A DNA stretch of 64,000 bases from an uncultured delta proteobacterium (GCA_963706575.1 CAVPNL010000001.1:160001-224000), one strand, 5' to 3'; counted from the stretch's first letter, positions 1 through 10,532 are shown. The notes: a model not told the origin generated them from the sequence alone. Numbers and translations: made by a program.

Positions 1-1377
1 GACAACAAGGCCAAAACCGCCGTCATCGGACCGGCTGGCGAAAAACTCGTACTTTTTGCCTCCATTATGAACGATCGGGACCGGGCCGCCGGAAGAGCCG
101 GCGTCGGTGCCGTCATGGGAGCCAAAAAGCTCAAAGGAGTTGCGGTTCGCGGGACGAAAAAGGTTTCGCTGGCCAATGAAGAACGTTTTAATGAAATGAA
201 TCAACTATACAGGGGACGGTTAAAGGAAGTAAAGAAGGCCGGTCCATACCCGCTGACCACGCACGGCACGGCGATTACGGTCGTGGCCACTCAGTCCCAC
301 GGTGTCTTCCCCACCCGTAATTTCCAGACCGGCCAGTTCGAAGAATGGGAGGCCATTTACGGTGAAGCCCTGACCGAGAAATACCTGGTTAAAGCAAAGC
401 CGTGCTTTAGTTGCCCGATAGCATGTGGCCGGGTAACAAAGGTTCCCGACGGTCCCTATCAAGGCGAAGGTGAGGGGCCGGAATATGAAACGGTTTATTC
501 ACTGGGGTCCGATGTCGGCGTCGGTGACCTGGCGGCGCTCACCAAGGCCAATTACCTGTGCAATGAGCTGGGTCTGGATACGATCAGTATGGGTTCTACC
601 ATCGCCTGTGCCATGGAGCTATTCGAAAAGGGGCATCTTCCCGAATCCGACATCGGTTTTCCCTTGGCGTGGGGGGATGGAGAAGCCCTGGTTAAATTAA
701 CCCGGCAAACCGGTATGCGTGAAGGTTTCGGTGATACTCTGGCGGAGGGCAGCTTGCGAGTGGCAACCCGCTACGGACACCCGGAGTTTGCCATGGTTTC
801 CAAGGGGCTGGATCTCCCCGGCTATGATCCTCGCGGTACACAGGGTTTAGGCCTGAATTATGCCACCTCACCCATCGGGGCTTCGCACATGAGAGGAGAT
901 ACGCCCTATTGTGAACTTCTGGGAGTACCGGTCAAAATTGATGGGCTGACCTGGGCGGATAAACCGCCGATCGTGGTCAAATGGCAAAATGTATTTTCCC
1001 TGATAGACGCTGCCGGTTTATGTGTGTTTTTCAGCATCCGATATTTGTGTGATCCGACGCTTGAGATTCGCCCCGAAGGTATTATGAACCTTCTTAATGC
1101 GGCCACCGGAGCAGACTACGCGCTTGACGAATTGGAGAAAATCGGTGATCGCATTTTAAATGCCGAACGGTTGTTCCTGCTGCGAGCCGGTTTCGATCGT
1201 CGCCAGGACAGCTTGCCGGCCCGCTTTACGGAGACACCCATGCCCGATGGGCCTGCCAAGGGCGTGGTCTGTCATCTGGATGAAATGCTCGAACAATATT
1301 ATCAGATTCGTGGTTGGTCAGAGGATGGTCTTCCGACCGAGGATAGGCTCAAGGAGCTTGGCCTTGATGGGATGTGA
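1..1377 (+). CDS. aor: Aldehyde:ferredoxin oxidoreductase (tungsten AOR family), 5'-truncated by window edge
   Basis: Frame open from base 1 (DNKAKTAVIGPAGEKLV...); motifs GRAGVGAVMGAKKLK, CFSCPIAC, EGPEYE, ELGLDTIS. Confidence 0.92.
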   Translation, partial: DNKAKTAVIGPAGEKLVLFASIMNDRDRAAGRAGVGAVMGAKKLKGVAVRGTKKVSLANEERFNEMNQLYRGRLKEVKKAGPYPLTTHGTAITVVATQSHGVFPTRNFQTGQFEEWEAIYGEALTEKYLVKAKPCFSCPIACGRVTKVPDGPYQGEGEGPEYETVYSLGSDVGVGDLAALTKANYLCNELGLDTISMGSTIACAMELFEKGHLPESDIGFPLAWGDGEALVKLTRQTGMREGFGDTLAEGSLRVATRYGHPEFAMVSKGLDLPGYDPRGTQGLGLNYATSPIGASHMRGDTPYCELLGVPVKIDGLTWADKPPIVVKWQNVFSLIDAAGLCVFFSIRYLCDPTLEIRPEGIMNLLNAATGADYALDELEKIGDRILNAERLFLLRAGFDRRQDSLPARFTETPMPDGPAKGVVCHLDEMLEQYYQIRGWSEDGLPTEDRLKELGLDGM

Positions 1378-1388
1378 GGCGCAATAGA

Positions 1389-1622
1389 ATGAAAGTGCAC
1401 GTTGACTTATACGTCAATTTAAAAAAGTACGCACCCGCACAGGACAGTTCATTTGAAATCCAACTTGAATCCGGTGCCACCGTTAAAACTGTTTTAAAAG
1501 TTCTCAAAATCCCTGCTGAAGAGAAGGCGGTTGTACTGGTTAATGGGCGTAATGCGAATGAATCCGATCCTTTGAAAGAAACAGATAGCATAACGCTATA
1601 TTCCCCAATTTCAGGCGGATAG
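1389..1622 (+). CDS. MoaD/ThiS family sulfur carrier
   Basis: 77 aa, C-terminal ISGG, directly after aor. Confidence 0.9.
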   Translation: MKVHVDLYVNLKKYAPAQDSSFEIQLESGATVKTVLKVLKIPAEEKAVVLVNGRNANESDPLKETDSITLYSPISGG

Positions 1623-1697
1623 CCTAGAACACCGAATGTATTGCTGCAAGTTTTTATAGGTTGGAAATCAAACGGTTAAACAAGGAAACAAAAGCAT

Positions 1698-2009
1698 ATG
1701 TCCAGGAATGAAAGAAGAATTTATCGGGGTGTCGAAAGAGGGCAGCCGTTTGAAATAGAGGTGGATGGCGAAAATATTGTTGCCTACGATGGCGAGACCA
1801 TCGGGGCAGCGCTGCTGGCCGCCGGTCGCAGAACGCTGCGCTTTACGAATAAACTCGAGCAGCCCAGGGGGCTTTATTGCGGTATCGGATTGTGCCAGGA
1901 GTGCCGCATGACGGTAAACGGCATCCCCAATACGCAGGCCTGCCAGACCCTTGCGACCCCCGGATGCCGGGTTGAAACCCAGAAAAATTTTAAAAAACGG
2001 GAATCTTGA
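1698..2009 (+). CDS. 2Fe-2S subunit (HcnA/opine or sarcosine oxidase-like)
   Basis: GETIGAALLA, CGIGLCQEC..C motif. Confidence 0.88.
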   Translation: MSRNERRIYRGVERGQPFEIEVDGENIVAYDGETIGAALLAAGRRTLRFTNKLEQPRGLYCGIGLCQECRMTVNGIPNTQACQTLATPGCRVETQKNFKKRES

Positions 2010-2012
2010 AAA

Positions 2013-3455
2013 TTGAAAGAATCTGATTTTGTCATTATCGGCGGTGGGCCTGGCGGTGTGGCAGCCGCGATTAAAGCCGCCCAGGCCGGGGTTAACGTAA
2101 CGCTGCTGGATGAAAACGAGCGGCCGGGGGGGCAGGTTTTTCGGCAGCTCGAAAAAGGCTTCAAGTTGGTCGAGCGCGACGCCCTGGGCCCGGATTTTAA
2201 GGAAGGGCAGGAATTGCTGCATCAATTCAATTCGCTGCAAGATAAAATCCGGTATCTGAACAATACCCTGGTGTGGGGGATATTTGAAGACCGCACTCTT
2301 GCATTGGCGCGTAACGATACCGCATCCAGTCTGGGCTTCAAGCAGCTTCTGGTGGCAACAGGCGCTTATGATCGGCCGGTTCCCTTTCCGGGTTGGACGC
2401 TTCCCGGCGTTTTCACCGCCGGTGGCGCTCAGAAGCTCGTCAAATCAGAACGCGTGCTTCCCGGGGAAAACATCCTTCTGGCGGGTACGGGTCCGTTACA
2501 ACTGGTTCTGGCAGACCAGATTCTCAAAGCCGGTGGTAAGATCGAGGCCATATTGGAAGCCGGTACGATTGGCAGGAATTGGCTCCAGGGGCTTAAAGGG
2601 ATATGGGGCAACTGGGATTTTTTGAAGGAAGGTCTGCGATATTTGCGCAGCATCCAAAAAGCCGGTGTTCCCCTGCTGCGAAGCCATATCATCCTTGAAG
2701 CCCGTGGCGACGGACAGGTCGAAGAGGCGGTGGTTGCAAAGGTGGATAAAAACTGGAGACCCAGGCTCAACACCGCGCGCAGCGTTAAAGTGGACACCAT
2801 CTGTTTGGGATACGGCCTGGTGTCTTCCACCGAGCTGACCATGCTGGCGGAATGTGAACATAAATATGACCTAAGACAGGGCGGCTACATTCCCCTGCGT
2901 AAGGCGAACATGGAAACGAGCGTGCCGGGCATCTATGCCGTTGGCGATGGCGCCGGCGTGGCCGGCAGAAAAGTCGCCATCGAAGAAGGCCGTATTGCCG
3001 GACTATCTGTGGCCGGCGCCTTGGGTCATATTTCGGAGGCAGCTGCCGGGGAGAAAATAAAGCCTTACCGAAAAAGGTTAAATAAAATAAATCGATTCCG
3101 AAAGATACTGGATGACATCAGCTTACCGCGCGCGGGCCTTTACGAACTGGCAACCGATGACACCGTCATCTGCCGCTGTGAAGAGGTAACCCTCAAGCAA
3201 TTAAAAGCGGCTCTGGCCGATGACACGATTCAGATGAAAGACTTTAAACGCATGACCCGTATGGGCATGGGACCCTGTGAGGGGCGCATGTGCGGGCCTT
3301 CTATGATTGAAATGATCAGGCATCGGCTAAATGCCGCCGCTGAAGATGTTGGGTGTTTGAAACCCCGGCCATCGATCAAGCCGGTTGCCCTCGGCGTTCT
3401 GGCGGCAAACAAAACAATGTCTATGGTGTCAGGGAAAATAAAGACTGAGTGCTGA
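2013..3455 (+). CDS. NAD(P)/FAD oxidoreductase with C-terminal BFD-like 2Fe-2S domain (HcnB/OoxA-like)
   Basis: GGGPGG, ATGAYDRP, CRCEEV, GMGPCEGRMC. Confidence 0.88.
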   Translation: MKESDFVIIGGGPGGVAAAIKAAQAGVNVTLLDENERPGGQVFRQLEKGFKLVERDALGPDFKEGQELLHQFNSLQDKIRYLNNTLVWGIFEDRTLALARNDTASSLGFKQLLVATGAYDRPVPFPGWTLPGVFTAGGAQKLVKSERVLPGENILLAGTGPLQLVLADQILKAGGKIEAILEAGTIGRNWLQGLKGIWGNWDFLKEGLRYLRSIQKAGVPLLRSHIILEARGDGQVEEAVVAKVDKNWRPRLNTARSVKVDTICLGYGLVSSTELTMLAECEHKYDLRQGGYIPLRKANMETSVPGIYAVGDGAGVAGRKVAIEEGRIAGLSVAGALGHISEAAAGEKIKPYRKRLNKINRFRKILDDISLPRAGLYELATDDTVICRCEEVTLKQLKAALADDTIQMKDFKRMTRMGMGPCEGRMCGPSMIEMIRHRLNAAAEDVGCLKPRPSIKPVALGVLAANKTMSMVSGKIKTEC

Positions 3456-3626
3456 GGACTGGGGACTGAGCAAAAAAAGCCTGCTTGGCGACTGACCATT
3501 TCAACATGAAGTGTCGGTTTCCGTCATGAATGGTCCTCCTGGGACCATGAGCTGTCGTTTTCCGTCATGGCAAGGCCATTTTCGCCTCTTTCTATTTCGA
3601 TATACCTCAGTCCTCAGCACTCAGTC
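3443..3626. repeat. Intergenic element with 19-bp terminal inverted repeats and an internal 24-bp direct repeat
   Basis: gactgagtgctgaggactg (3443-3461) / cagtcctcagcactcagtc (3608-3626); internal catga..tgtcg.tttccgtcatg at 3505 and 3546. Confidence 0.75.
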
Positions 3627-3698
3627 CTGCTGATCTCTGATAACTTTAATCTTAATAGATTTAATTATCCATGTGACGCAATAAACAGAGGATACGAC

Positions 3699-4847
3699 AT
3701 GGTTCCTCAAGAAGCTGAAGTCGTCGTTATCGGCGGTGGCGTAGTGGGTTCATCGGTTGCCTATTTTTTAGCCCGGGCCGGGAAAAATGTTGTTCTGGTC
3801 GAAAAAGGTTGCAAAGCAGGGGAGGCATCTGCAGCCAATGCCGCCTTTGTCTGGTCCATAACCAGAAAGGCCGGTATTGATATCAGACTGGCCATGCACA
3901 GTTTTAATATCCACCGGCAGCTTAAAACAGAGCTGGAAATGGATTTTGAGTACGTGCAGGGCGGCGGGTTGATGATTATCGAAGACGAAACGCAACTTCC
4001 TTTTGTAGAAGCGCATCTCCAGAAAAGATCAGAAGACGGATATCCGCTGGAAATGATTGATGCCCGGCAGGTTTTGGAATTAGAACCCCAGCTTGCAAAG
4101 GAAAGGGTCTTCGGTGGGGTTTATAGCCCGATTGATGGTAAAACCAATCCCATTTTTCTGGTCATTGCCTTAAACCTGGAAGCTCAAAAGCTCGGGGCAC
4201 AGCTTTTTCATTATACCGAGGTCAAGGGAATTGAGGTTGCCGGTGGGAAAGTCAAAGGGGTTATGACCGATAAAGGCACGATCAAAACCAACACGGTAGT
4301 AAATGCCGCCGGGAGCTGGGGGTGTTTCATTGGTGACATGGTCGGAATTAAGGTGCCGGTTTCTCCCTTCCAACTGGCCATGCTGGTTACGGAGCAGTTG
4401 CCGCCGACCGTTTCACATGTGATTATGGGCGCCTCTTATATGGTTGAGGAAGATAGCGGCAAAGAAGGAGGATTGGGATGTGGCCTCGTTATGAGCCAGC
4501 AGACCGCCGGAAATCTTTTGATCGGTGCGAGCTGGCGCAATACGGGTTACGATAAAAGAACCATCCAGGAGGAGATCGAGCTAATGGCAAGGGTAAATGT
4601 CAGGGCCATGCCGATGCTCAAAACCGTCCGGATCATTCGTTCCTATGCCAATTTTTTCCCCAATACTGCGGATGATCTGCCTATTTTGGGCAAGGTCGAT
4701 GGTGTCGAGGGATTTATTATGGCATGTGGCCATTGCGGGCATGGGATCGGTATGGGGCCCGGCTCTGGCAAACTGATTCAGGAACTGATTTGCGATGGCA
4801 AAACCACTATCCCGCTGGATGAATTGAACCTTTCTCGATTTAATTAA
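3699..4847 (+). CDS. FAD-dependent oxidoreductase, DAO family (HcnC/SoxB-like)
   Basis: GGGVVGSS, C-terminal GHCGHGIGMGPGSG; start moved to the ATG after gagga. Confidence 0.88.
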   Translation: MVPQEAEVVVIGGGVVGSSVAYFLARAGKNVVLVEKGCKAGEASAANAAFVWSITRKAGIDIRLAMHSFNIHRQLKTELEMDFEYVQGGGLMIIEDETQLPFVEAHLQKRSEDGYPLEMIDARQVLELEPQLAKERVFGGVYSPIDGKTNPIFLVIALNLEAQKLGAQLFHYTEVKGIEVAGGKVKGVMTDKGTIKTNTVVNAAGSWGCFIGDMVGIKVPVSPFQLAMLVTEQLPPTVSHVIMGASYMVEEDSGKEGGLGCGLVMSQQTAGNLLIGASWRNTGYDKRTIQEEIELMARVNVRAMPMLKTVRIIRSYANFFPNTADDLPILGKVDGVEGFIMACGHCGHGIGMGPGSGKLIQELICDGKTTIPLDELNLSRFN

Positions 4848-4891
4848 AATATTTCAGCCGAACTCTCAAATAATTGAAGGAGGATGTTGCG

Positions 4892-5560
4892 ATGGTTACG
4901 GAAGCTCCAGAACAGGGTCTTGAGCAAAAAGCAAAGGAGGCAATTATTACGCTAAATAAGGCTGCGGCAATTCAGATTGCGGAACGAGCATCATCTGAAA
5001 TGGAAGCAGCGGAATTGGTGGGCTTAATCGAGGGCGGCTTCAAAGCGGGTATTATGGTTGTGGGTGACCGGTTTGGCAAGGGGGATATGTTTTTGCCGGA
5101 ACTGGTGGCGGCAGCCGAGATTATGAAAAGTTCGCTGGCGATCCTGGAGCCCAAACTGCGTGAAGGTCAGGTCACGCAAGAGCCGTTGGGGAAGATTGTC
5201 ATTGCAACTGTAAAGGGTGATTTGCATGATATCGGAAAGACGATGGTATCCAGTTTGCTGATGGCCAACGGGTTTGAAGTGATCGACCTCGGAATCGACG
5301 TGGCCACGCCGAATATCATTGAGGCCGCCAGAAAGAATCAGGCGGACATGATATGTCTTTCGGCCTTATTGACGACGACGATTCTTGCTCAAAAGGAAGT
5401 CGTAGACGCTTTAAAGGAAATGGGCCATAGAGAAGACTTCAAGGTGATGATCGGTGGCGCCGCCTCATCTAAAAATTGGGCGCAGGAAATCGGCGCAGAT
5501 GCATATGGCGCCGATGCCCAGGAAGCAACTGAAATCGCTATCGATCTATTAACAAAATAA
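4892..5560 (+). CDS. Corrinoid (B12-binding) protein of methyltransferase system
   Basis: GDLHDIGK and SALLTTT motifs; SD aggagg. Confidence 0.92.
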   Translation: MVTEAPEQGLEQKAKEAIITLNKAAAIQIAERASSEMEAAELVGLIEGGFKAGIMVVGDRFGKGDMFLPELVAAAEIMKSSLAILEPKLREGQVTQEPLGKIVIATVKGDLHDIGKTMVSSLLMANGFEVIDLGIDVATPNIIEAARKNQADMICLSALLTTTILAQKEVVDALKEMGHREDFKVMIGGAASSKNWAQEIGADAYGADAQEATEIAIDLLTK

Positions 5561-5573
5561 AGGAGGCTTGATT

Positions 5574-7055
5574 ATGCAAACGGCAGTACCCAAAATGGAC
5601 TTACTGGACACCGCAGCGAAAGAGCGCATCCATGAAGCCTCGCTCTCGATTCTGGAAGAAACCGGCATTCAAATCGATTCGGAAATGGTCGCCAACACCC
5701 TGCAGGAGTACGACATTCCATGTGAAGTTACCGGCAAGCAAGGCGACCGGACCTTGTGGCGTGTCAAGTTTGACAGGGATACCATCACGCAATCGTTGAA
5801 GACAGCCCCCAAAGCCTTTACCCTCGGCGGCAGAGATACGAAACATGATCTTTATCTGGACGGAAAAGGATCACCGGACTCTGTTTATTACGGCACGCTG
5901 GGCAGTGCCCCGGTGGTGCACGACATTGAAACCGGTGAGAGACGACTCGGAACCTTAAAGGATCTGATTCAGTTTGCACGTTTGACCCAGCAACTGGAAC
6001 ATCTGGATTTTTTCCATGTATCCGTAATGCCCTCGGATGTTCCGAATTCCGTCGTGGAATTATACCGCTGGAAGGCAACATTTGAAAACACCGCCAAACA
6101 TTCCATAACTGCTGCATCCTATGACGCGAAGAATTTGCCTTACTTGCTGGAGATGGCCGCCGTGGTGCAGGGCGGCGAAGATGAGCTGCGTCGCCGGCCG
6201 ATTTTTACCGCTACCGAGTGTCCGATTGCACCGCTGTTTTTTGCCGAGCGATCGGCTGAGAACATGGTTGGGTTGGCTCGCGCGGGCCTGCCGGTTATCA
6301 TCTATTCGGAGCCTTTTGCCGGTGCTTCTTCACCGGTCACCTTGGCCGGTACCCTACTGGTAACCAACGCCGAACAGCTGGCCGGGATCGCACTGACCCA
6401 GATTGCAAATCCGGGGGCGCCGGTCATTTACGGTGGCGTTTCAACGACTATGGATATTCGAAGCGGAAACATTTCTTTCGGCTCACCCGAGACGGGCCTG
6501 CTGAATGTGGCCACCACCGAAATGGCAAGATTTTATGAAATGCCGAAAGAAGGCAGTGGCGGCAGAACCGATTCAAAACTGGTGGATTGTCAGGCCGGGT
6601 TCGAAAAACAGGGCAATCTGTTGCTGGCGGTTCTGGCCGGCGCGAATCTGAACAATTGCGCCGGAACGCTTGAGAGCAATTATGCGGTCAGCCTTGCTCA
6701 ATTGGTCATCGATGACGATATCGCCAAGCGCACCAAACGAATCCTGGCGGGTATTACGCTGAATGAAGAAACGCTGGCCGTCGATCTGATTAAAGAGATC
6801 GGGCCGGGAGGGCAGTATTTAGGTAACCAGCATACCCTGGCTCACATGCGCCAGGAGCTGTGTCTCTCGGATTTATGCAGTAAGGGAACTTATGAAGACT
6901 GGGCCAAGAAGGGAAGTTTAAGTCTTGAGCAAATGGCACAGAAGAAAGCGCTTGAACTTTTAAACGTTTCAGAACCGGCAAGTTTAGAACCGGCCGTCGT
7001 CAAAGAGCTGGAGAAAATATTGAAAAGTGCGGAGAAGGCGCATGGCCTAACCTGA
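5574..7055 (+). CDS. MttB-superfamily methyltransferase, non-pyrrolysine type
   Basis: AGASSPVTLAG, PGAPVIYG, DSKLVDCQAGFEK; no in-frame TAG. Confidence 0.9.
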   Translation: MQTAVPKMDLLDTAAKERIHEASLSILEETGIQIDSEMVANTLQEYDIPCEVTGKQGDRTLWRVKFDRDTITQSLKTAPKAFTLGGRDTKHDLYLDGKGSPDSVYYGTLGSAPVVHDIETGERRLGTLKDLIQFARLTQQLEHLDFFHVSVMPSDVPNSVVELYRWKATFENTAKHSITAASYDAKNLPYLLEMAAVVQGGEDELRRRPIFTATECPIAPLFFAERSAENMVGLARAGLPVIIYSEPFAGASSPVTLAGTLLVTNAEQLAGIALTQIANPGAPVIYGGVSTTMDIRSGNISFGSPETGLLNVATTEMARFYEMPKEGSGGRTDSKLVDCQAGFEKQGNLLLAVLAGANLNNCAGTLESNYAVSLAQLVIDDDIAKRTKRILAGITLNEETLAVDLIKEIGPGGQYLGNQHTLAHMRQELCLSDLCSKGTYEDWAKKGSLSLEQMAQKKALELLNVSEPASLEPAVVKELEKILKSAEKAHGLT

Positions 7056-7121
7056 CACCCTAATCTGCATGAAAATAGATGAGAATCTAATTATCGCGAT
7101 GATGAAAGGATAATATCTAAT

Positions 7122-7958
7122 ATGGAAAAATTGATTATAACGGTCGCACCCACGGGATCCATTCCCAAAAAAAAGGACACGCCGCATGTTCCCGTAACGA
7201 TTGAAGAGATCGTAACCTGTGCCCTTCGCTGTGAGAATCAAGGGGCGTCAATTGTCCATATCCACATTCGAGATGAAGACGAAAATCCTTCGGATGATCC
7301 CCAGATTTTCCATGAGATCGTCAATCGGATTCGAGAGCGGTCCAATTTGATTATCCAGGTTTCAACAGGGGGAAGGGCAGGGACCGATTTGGAAAGCCGC
7401 ATTCAACGTCTGCAAATGCGTCCCGAGATGGCAAGTTTGACAACGGGTTCGGTGAATTTTCGCAATTCGGCCTATGTCAATCCGCCGGACTTGATTGAAG
7501 CACTGGCCATAGAGATGCATCGTCTTGAGATCAAACCGGAAATGGAAATATTTGATTTAAGCATGGTTAACAATGCGGTCGCATTGGCAGATCGGAGCCT
7601 GGCGGATCGACCGCTGCACTTCAACTTTGTGATGGGTCTGGGCGGGGCGATGCCCGCAAGAATAGAGCATTTGGTCCACCTGTCCACCGGATTGCCTGCA
7701 GATAGTACATGGACGGTCTCGGGCATTGGGGCTGCCCAACTAAGAATGAACCTTCATGCTGTGATGATGGGGGGACATGTGAGAGTGGGTTTGGAGGATA
7801 ACATCTATTATAAGAAAGGAGAATTGGCGACCAACGAAAGGCTTGTCGAAAGGATCGTCCGTTTGAGTAAGGAACTGGGAAGGGAAGTGGCCACACCGGA
7901 TGAGGCCCGCAAAATCCTGGGATTGGTTCCAAATAAGAATGATAAGGAGAATGGGTGA
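7122..7958 (+). CDS. Beta-keto acid cleavage enzyme (Kce/DUF849 family)
   Basis: IITVAPTG, HIH metal motif, GHVRVGLED. Confidence 0.92.
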   Translation: MEKLIITVAPTGSIPKKKDTPHVPVTIEEIVTCALRCENQGASIVHIHIRDEDENPSDDPQIFHEIVNRIRERSNLIIQVSTGGRAGTDLESRIQRLQMRPEMASLTTGSVNFRNSAYVNPPDLIEALAIEMHRLEIKPEMEIFDLSMVNNAVALADRSLADRPLHFNFVMGLGGAMPARIEHLVHLSTGLPADSTWTVSGIGAAQLRMNLHAVMMGGHVRVGLEDNIYYKKGELATNERLVERIVRLSKELGREVATPDEARKILGLVPNKNDKENG

Positions 7959-8069
7959 TCGCACGGTGGGCGCCATGAATGACCGGCTCGTTCTTACCGC
8001 GTCGCCTGGACGATTTTTTCCTGAAAGGGTACCCGACGCATTCGAATCGCGCAAAAGGAGGATGATATT

Positions 8070-9311
8070 ATGGGACATAATATCGGCTTAGATAATCGGT
8101 GTGATGTTGTTATTGTTGGCGGCGGCATTATTGGATGCACGGCTGCCTACTATCTGGCGAAAAAGGGATTTGATGTTATCTTGCTTGAATCAGGCGACCT
8201 GGCGAGTGGGGCGACGGGTCACAACATCGGATATATCTTCATGCATACGAGAATTCCAGGCCCCCAATTGGATTTGGCCAACGCCACCCACCGGATCGCC
8301 CCGAATTTACCTGATGAACTCGATTACGACTTCGAACTGCGTCAAAACGGCGGCATGATTTATTTCGACAGAGAGGCGCAGCTGCCCATCATGCAGGAAT
8401 TCGTCGAACAGCGCAATAAAGACGGCGTCACCATGCAATTACTGGATAAAAAGGAAGCGCTGGAGATGGCGCCGCTTCTTCCGGAAAGCACCATCGGGGC
8501 CACCTTTTGCCCTTTGGATTGCCTCGTAAACCCGACGCTTTATGTTCGTGCCTTTGCCAACGCCGCCCGAAGACATGGTGCCCTCATTCGAACCGGCACC
8601 GAGGTCCTGTCTGTCAATACGGACCAGTCTAAAGTGACCGGCGTCAAAACCGCAGAAGGGGATATTGAATCGAAATATGTGGTGCTGGCTGCCGGGGGGC
8701 GGACGACCCAGCTGACCGAAAAACTCGGGCTCAATCTGGGGATATTCTCCATGCGGCTTCAGTTGATGACTACCGCGCCCTTGGAGGAAAGACTGCTGGA
8801 TAAATGCCTGTATGGCCCCGAAAGCGCGAAACAGTACAAACTGTTTCAAGATCTGCCAAGCTATGATGATGAGGCCTTCCGGGTTGACTATGAATGGCGT
8901 TATGAAACCTTATTTCTGCAGGCCGCCAATCAAATGAAAGCAGGCAACATGCTCTTTGGCATCCCGATGGATTATCCCGCGTCGGTCGAAATCGCCAACA
9001 CGGCGGATACACGGGGTGTGGGGGTCATGGTGGAGTCGATGTACAGCAATTTTCCCGCTCTTAAAAATGCCGCTTTTGACAGGGCCTGGGGACGCGTCGT
9101 GCCCTTTACATCCGATAGTTTGCCGGTGATTGATTTTGTTCCCGAGTTCGAGGGACTGCTAATCAATTCAGGGCATACCTTTGGCAATGCAACCGGGCCG
9201 ATTTCCGGCATTTTAACCGCGGAAATGATCGCGGGTGAAAAAACATCGCTCGATGTCTCCCCATTCAGACTGAAACGCCCGGCTTTGGAGAGCATGGCGA
9301 AAGCATGGTAA
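8070..9311 (+). CDS. FAD-dependent oxidoreductase, DAO family
   Basis: GGGIIG, ASGATGHN, GHTFGNATGP. Confidence 0.85.
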   Translation: MGHNIGLDNRCDVVIVGGGIIGCTAAYYLAKKGFDVILLESGDLASGATGHNIGYIFMHTRIPGPQLDLANATHRIAPNLPDELDYDFELRQNGGMIYFDREAQLPIMQEFVEQRNKDGVTMQLLDKKEALEMAPLLPESTIGATFCPLDCLVNPTLYVRAFANAARRHGALIRTGTEVLSVNTDQSKVTGVKTAEGDIESKYVVLAAGGRTTQLTEKLGLNLGIFSMRLQLMTTAPLEERLLDKCLYGPESAKQYKLFQDLPSYDDEAFRVDYEWRYETLFLQAANQMKAGNMLFGIPMDYPASVEIANTADTRGVGVMVESMYSNFPALKNAAFDRAWGRVVPFTSDSLPVIDFVPEFEGLLINSGHTFGNATGPISGILTAEMIAGEKTSLDVSPFRLKRPALESMAKAW

Positions 9312-9439
9312 TATCTAGTTTTGCACGGGCCGGAGACTCCCATATGCTGTGTTATTAAGGGCTCGAAGTAGTATGCTACGACTTCGCCCTTAAGTGTCTT
9401 GCCTATGGAAGCCTCCGGCCCGTGCAAAACTCAGATATT
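9310..9439. repeat. Long palindromic MITE/REP-like element
   Basis: Perfect 19-bp inverted repeat agttttgcacgggccggag (9317-9335) / 9413-9431, with nested inner stems. Confidence 0.75.
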
Positions 9440-9470
9440 GTTAGATATTGCGTTATCTAAGCCCGGAGAT

Positions 9471-10040
9471 ATGAATATGGAAATGAAAGTGGGAGGCGAG
9501 GGCGCTATTGCAGCATCGCCGGAAGAGATATGGAACGTTATTTTTGATCCGGCCTTTATGTCGCAGGTGATTCCGGGCTGTAAAGACATTGCCCGACCGG
9601 CTGAAGACGAATACCGGATCAAGATGGTTCTGGGAATCCCCGCGGTTCAGGGGAACTATTCCGGGACCCTCAGAATTTTGAAAAAAAACCCCTTTGATAT
9701 GATAAAAGGTTCGATCGAAGGACAGGGAGGGCTAGGCAAAATCGACGGAACCTGGGAAATGCAATTTGAAAAAAGCAGTGATAAGGAAAGCAAGGTGGTT
9801 TACGCTGTCAATGTCGATATCAGCGGTCCCATGGCCAGCATGGTGGGCGGTTTTATGGAACAGGTCGCTGATTCTCTGGTCAAACAGGGACTTGAAAGTT
9901 TTAATACGGCCATCACGGGGGCCAAAGAGAATATTGCCCCGGGAACCCCCTTAACAGCAGACGCTCTGCCCAGACCGAACCTTATTAAAATGGTATGCAG
10001 GATCATTTGGGACGCCCTGATCAAGAGAATGGGGAGCTGA
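9471..10040 (+). CDS. CoxG/SRPBCC family protein
   Basis: EEIWNVIFDP..IPGC N-terminus typical of CoxG. Confidence 0.8.
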   Translation: MNMEMKVGGEGAIAASPEEIWNVIFDPAFMSQVIPGCKDIARPAEDEYRIKMVLGIPAVQGNYSGTLRILKKNPFDMIKGSIEGQGGLGKIDGTWEMQFEKSSDKESKVVYAVNVDISGPMASMVGGFMEQVADSLVKQGLESFNTAITGAKENIAPGTPLTADALPRPNLIKMVCRIIWDALIKRMGS

Positions 10041-10043
10041 CTT

Positions 10044-10532
10044 CTAATCCTCCTGGGGAGGGCGCTTGCGTTTTCCGGTGAGATGGTCGAATTCGATACA
10101 CCACACGGTGCAGGCTGCCACGACCTTGTCCGGATACTGCCAGGCATCGTTTTTGGGATAATACTGCACCATAACAGCTTCCAAGGCCGCCAGCTTTTCG
10201 GCAGGATCATCGACCATGCGGACGCGGCCAAAACCCACCACACTGGAATAGGCTACCGAGCAGTCCTGGGGCCGGTCGGCCGGCAGAAGCTGAACATCAG
10301 TGACGACGTTGAAAGAAACCTTCGGGTTCTGCGCCAGTACATCCAGCTTGAAGCCCTTTGTGGCAGAGTGAATGTAAATCAATCCGTTTAAAAAACCGTA
10401 GTTGAACGGCAGCACATATGGCTGGTCGCCTTGACACATGGCGACGCTGATGACCTCCCCCCTTTTGAGAATTTTTTCAATTTCGGATGAATCGGTGATT
10501 TCGCGATCTTTCTTACGCATCGCTACTTTCAT
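10044..10532 (-). CDS. Pyridoxamine 5'-phosphate oxidase-like flavin-binding protein (NimA-like)
   Basis: MRKKDREI, PYVLPFNYG, IYIHSA, LTGK. Confidence 0.88.
   Translation of the reverse strand: MKVAMRKKDREITDSSEIEKILKRGEVISVAMCQGDQPYVLPFNYGFLNGLIYIHSATKGFKLDVLAQNPKVSFNVVTDVQLLPADRPQDCSVAYSSVVGFGRVRMVDDPAEKLAALEAVMVQYYPKNDAWQYPDKVVAACTVWCIEFDHLTGKRKRPPQED

Noticed and set aside
5574..7055. Pyrrolysine recoding in MttB
   Set aside because: The ORF is uninterrupted, with no in-frame TAG.
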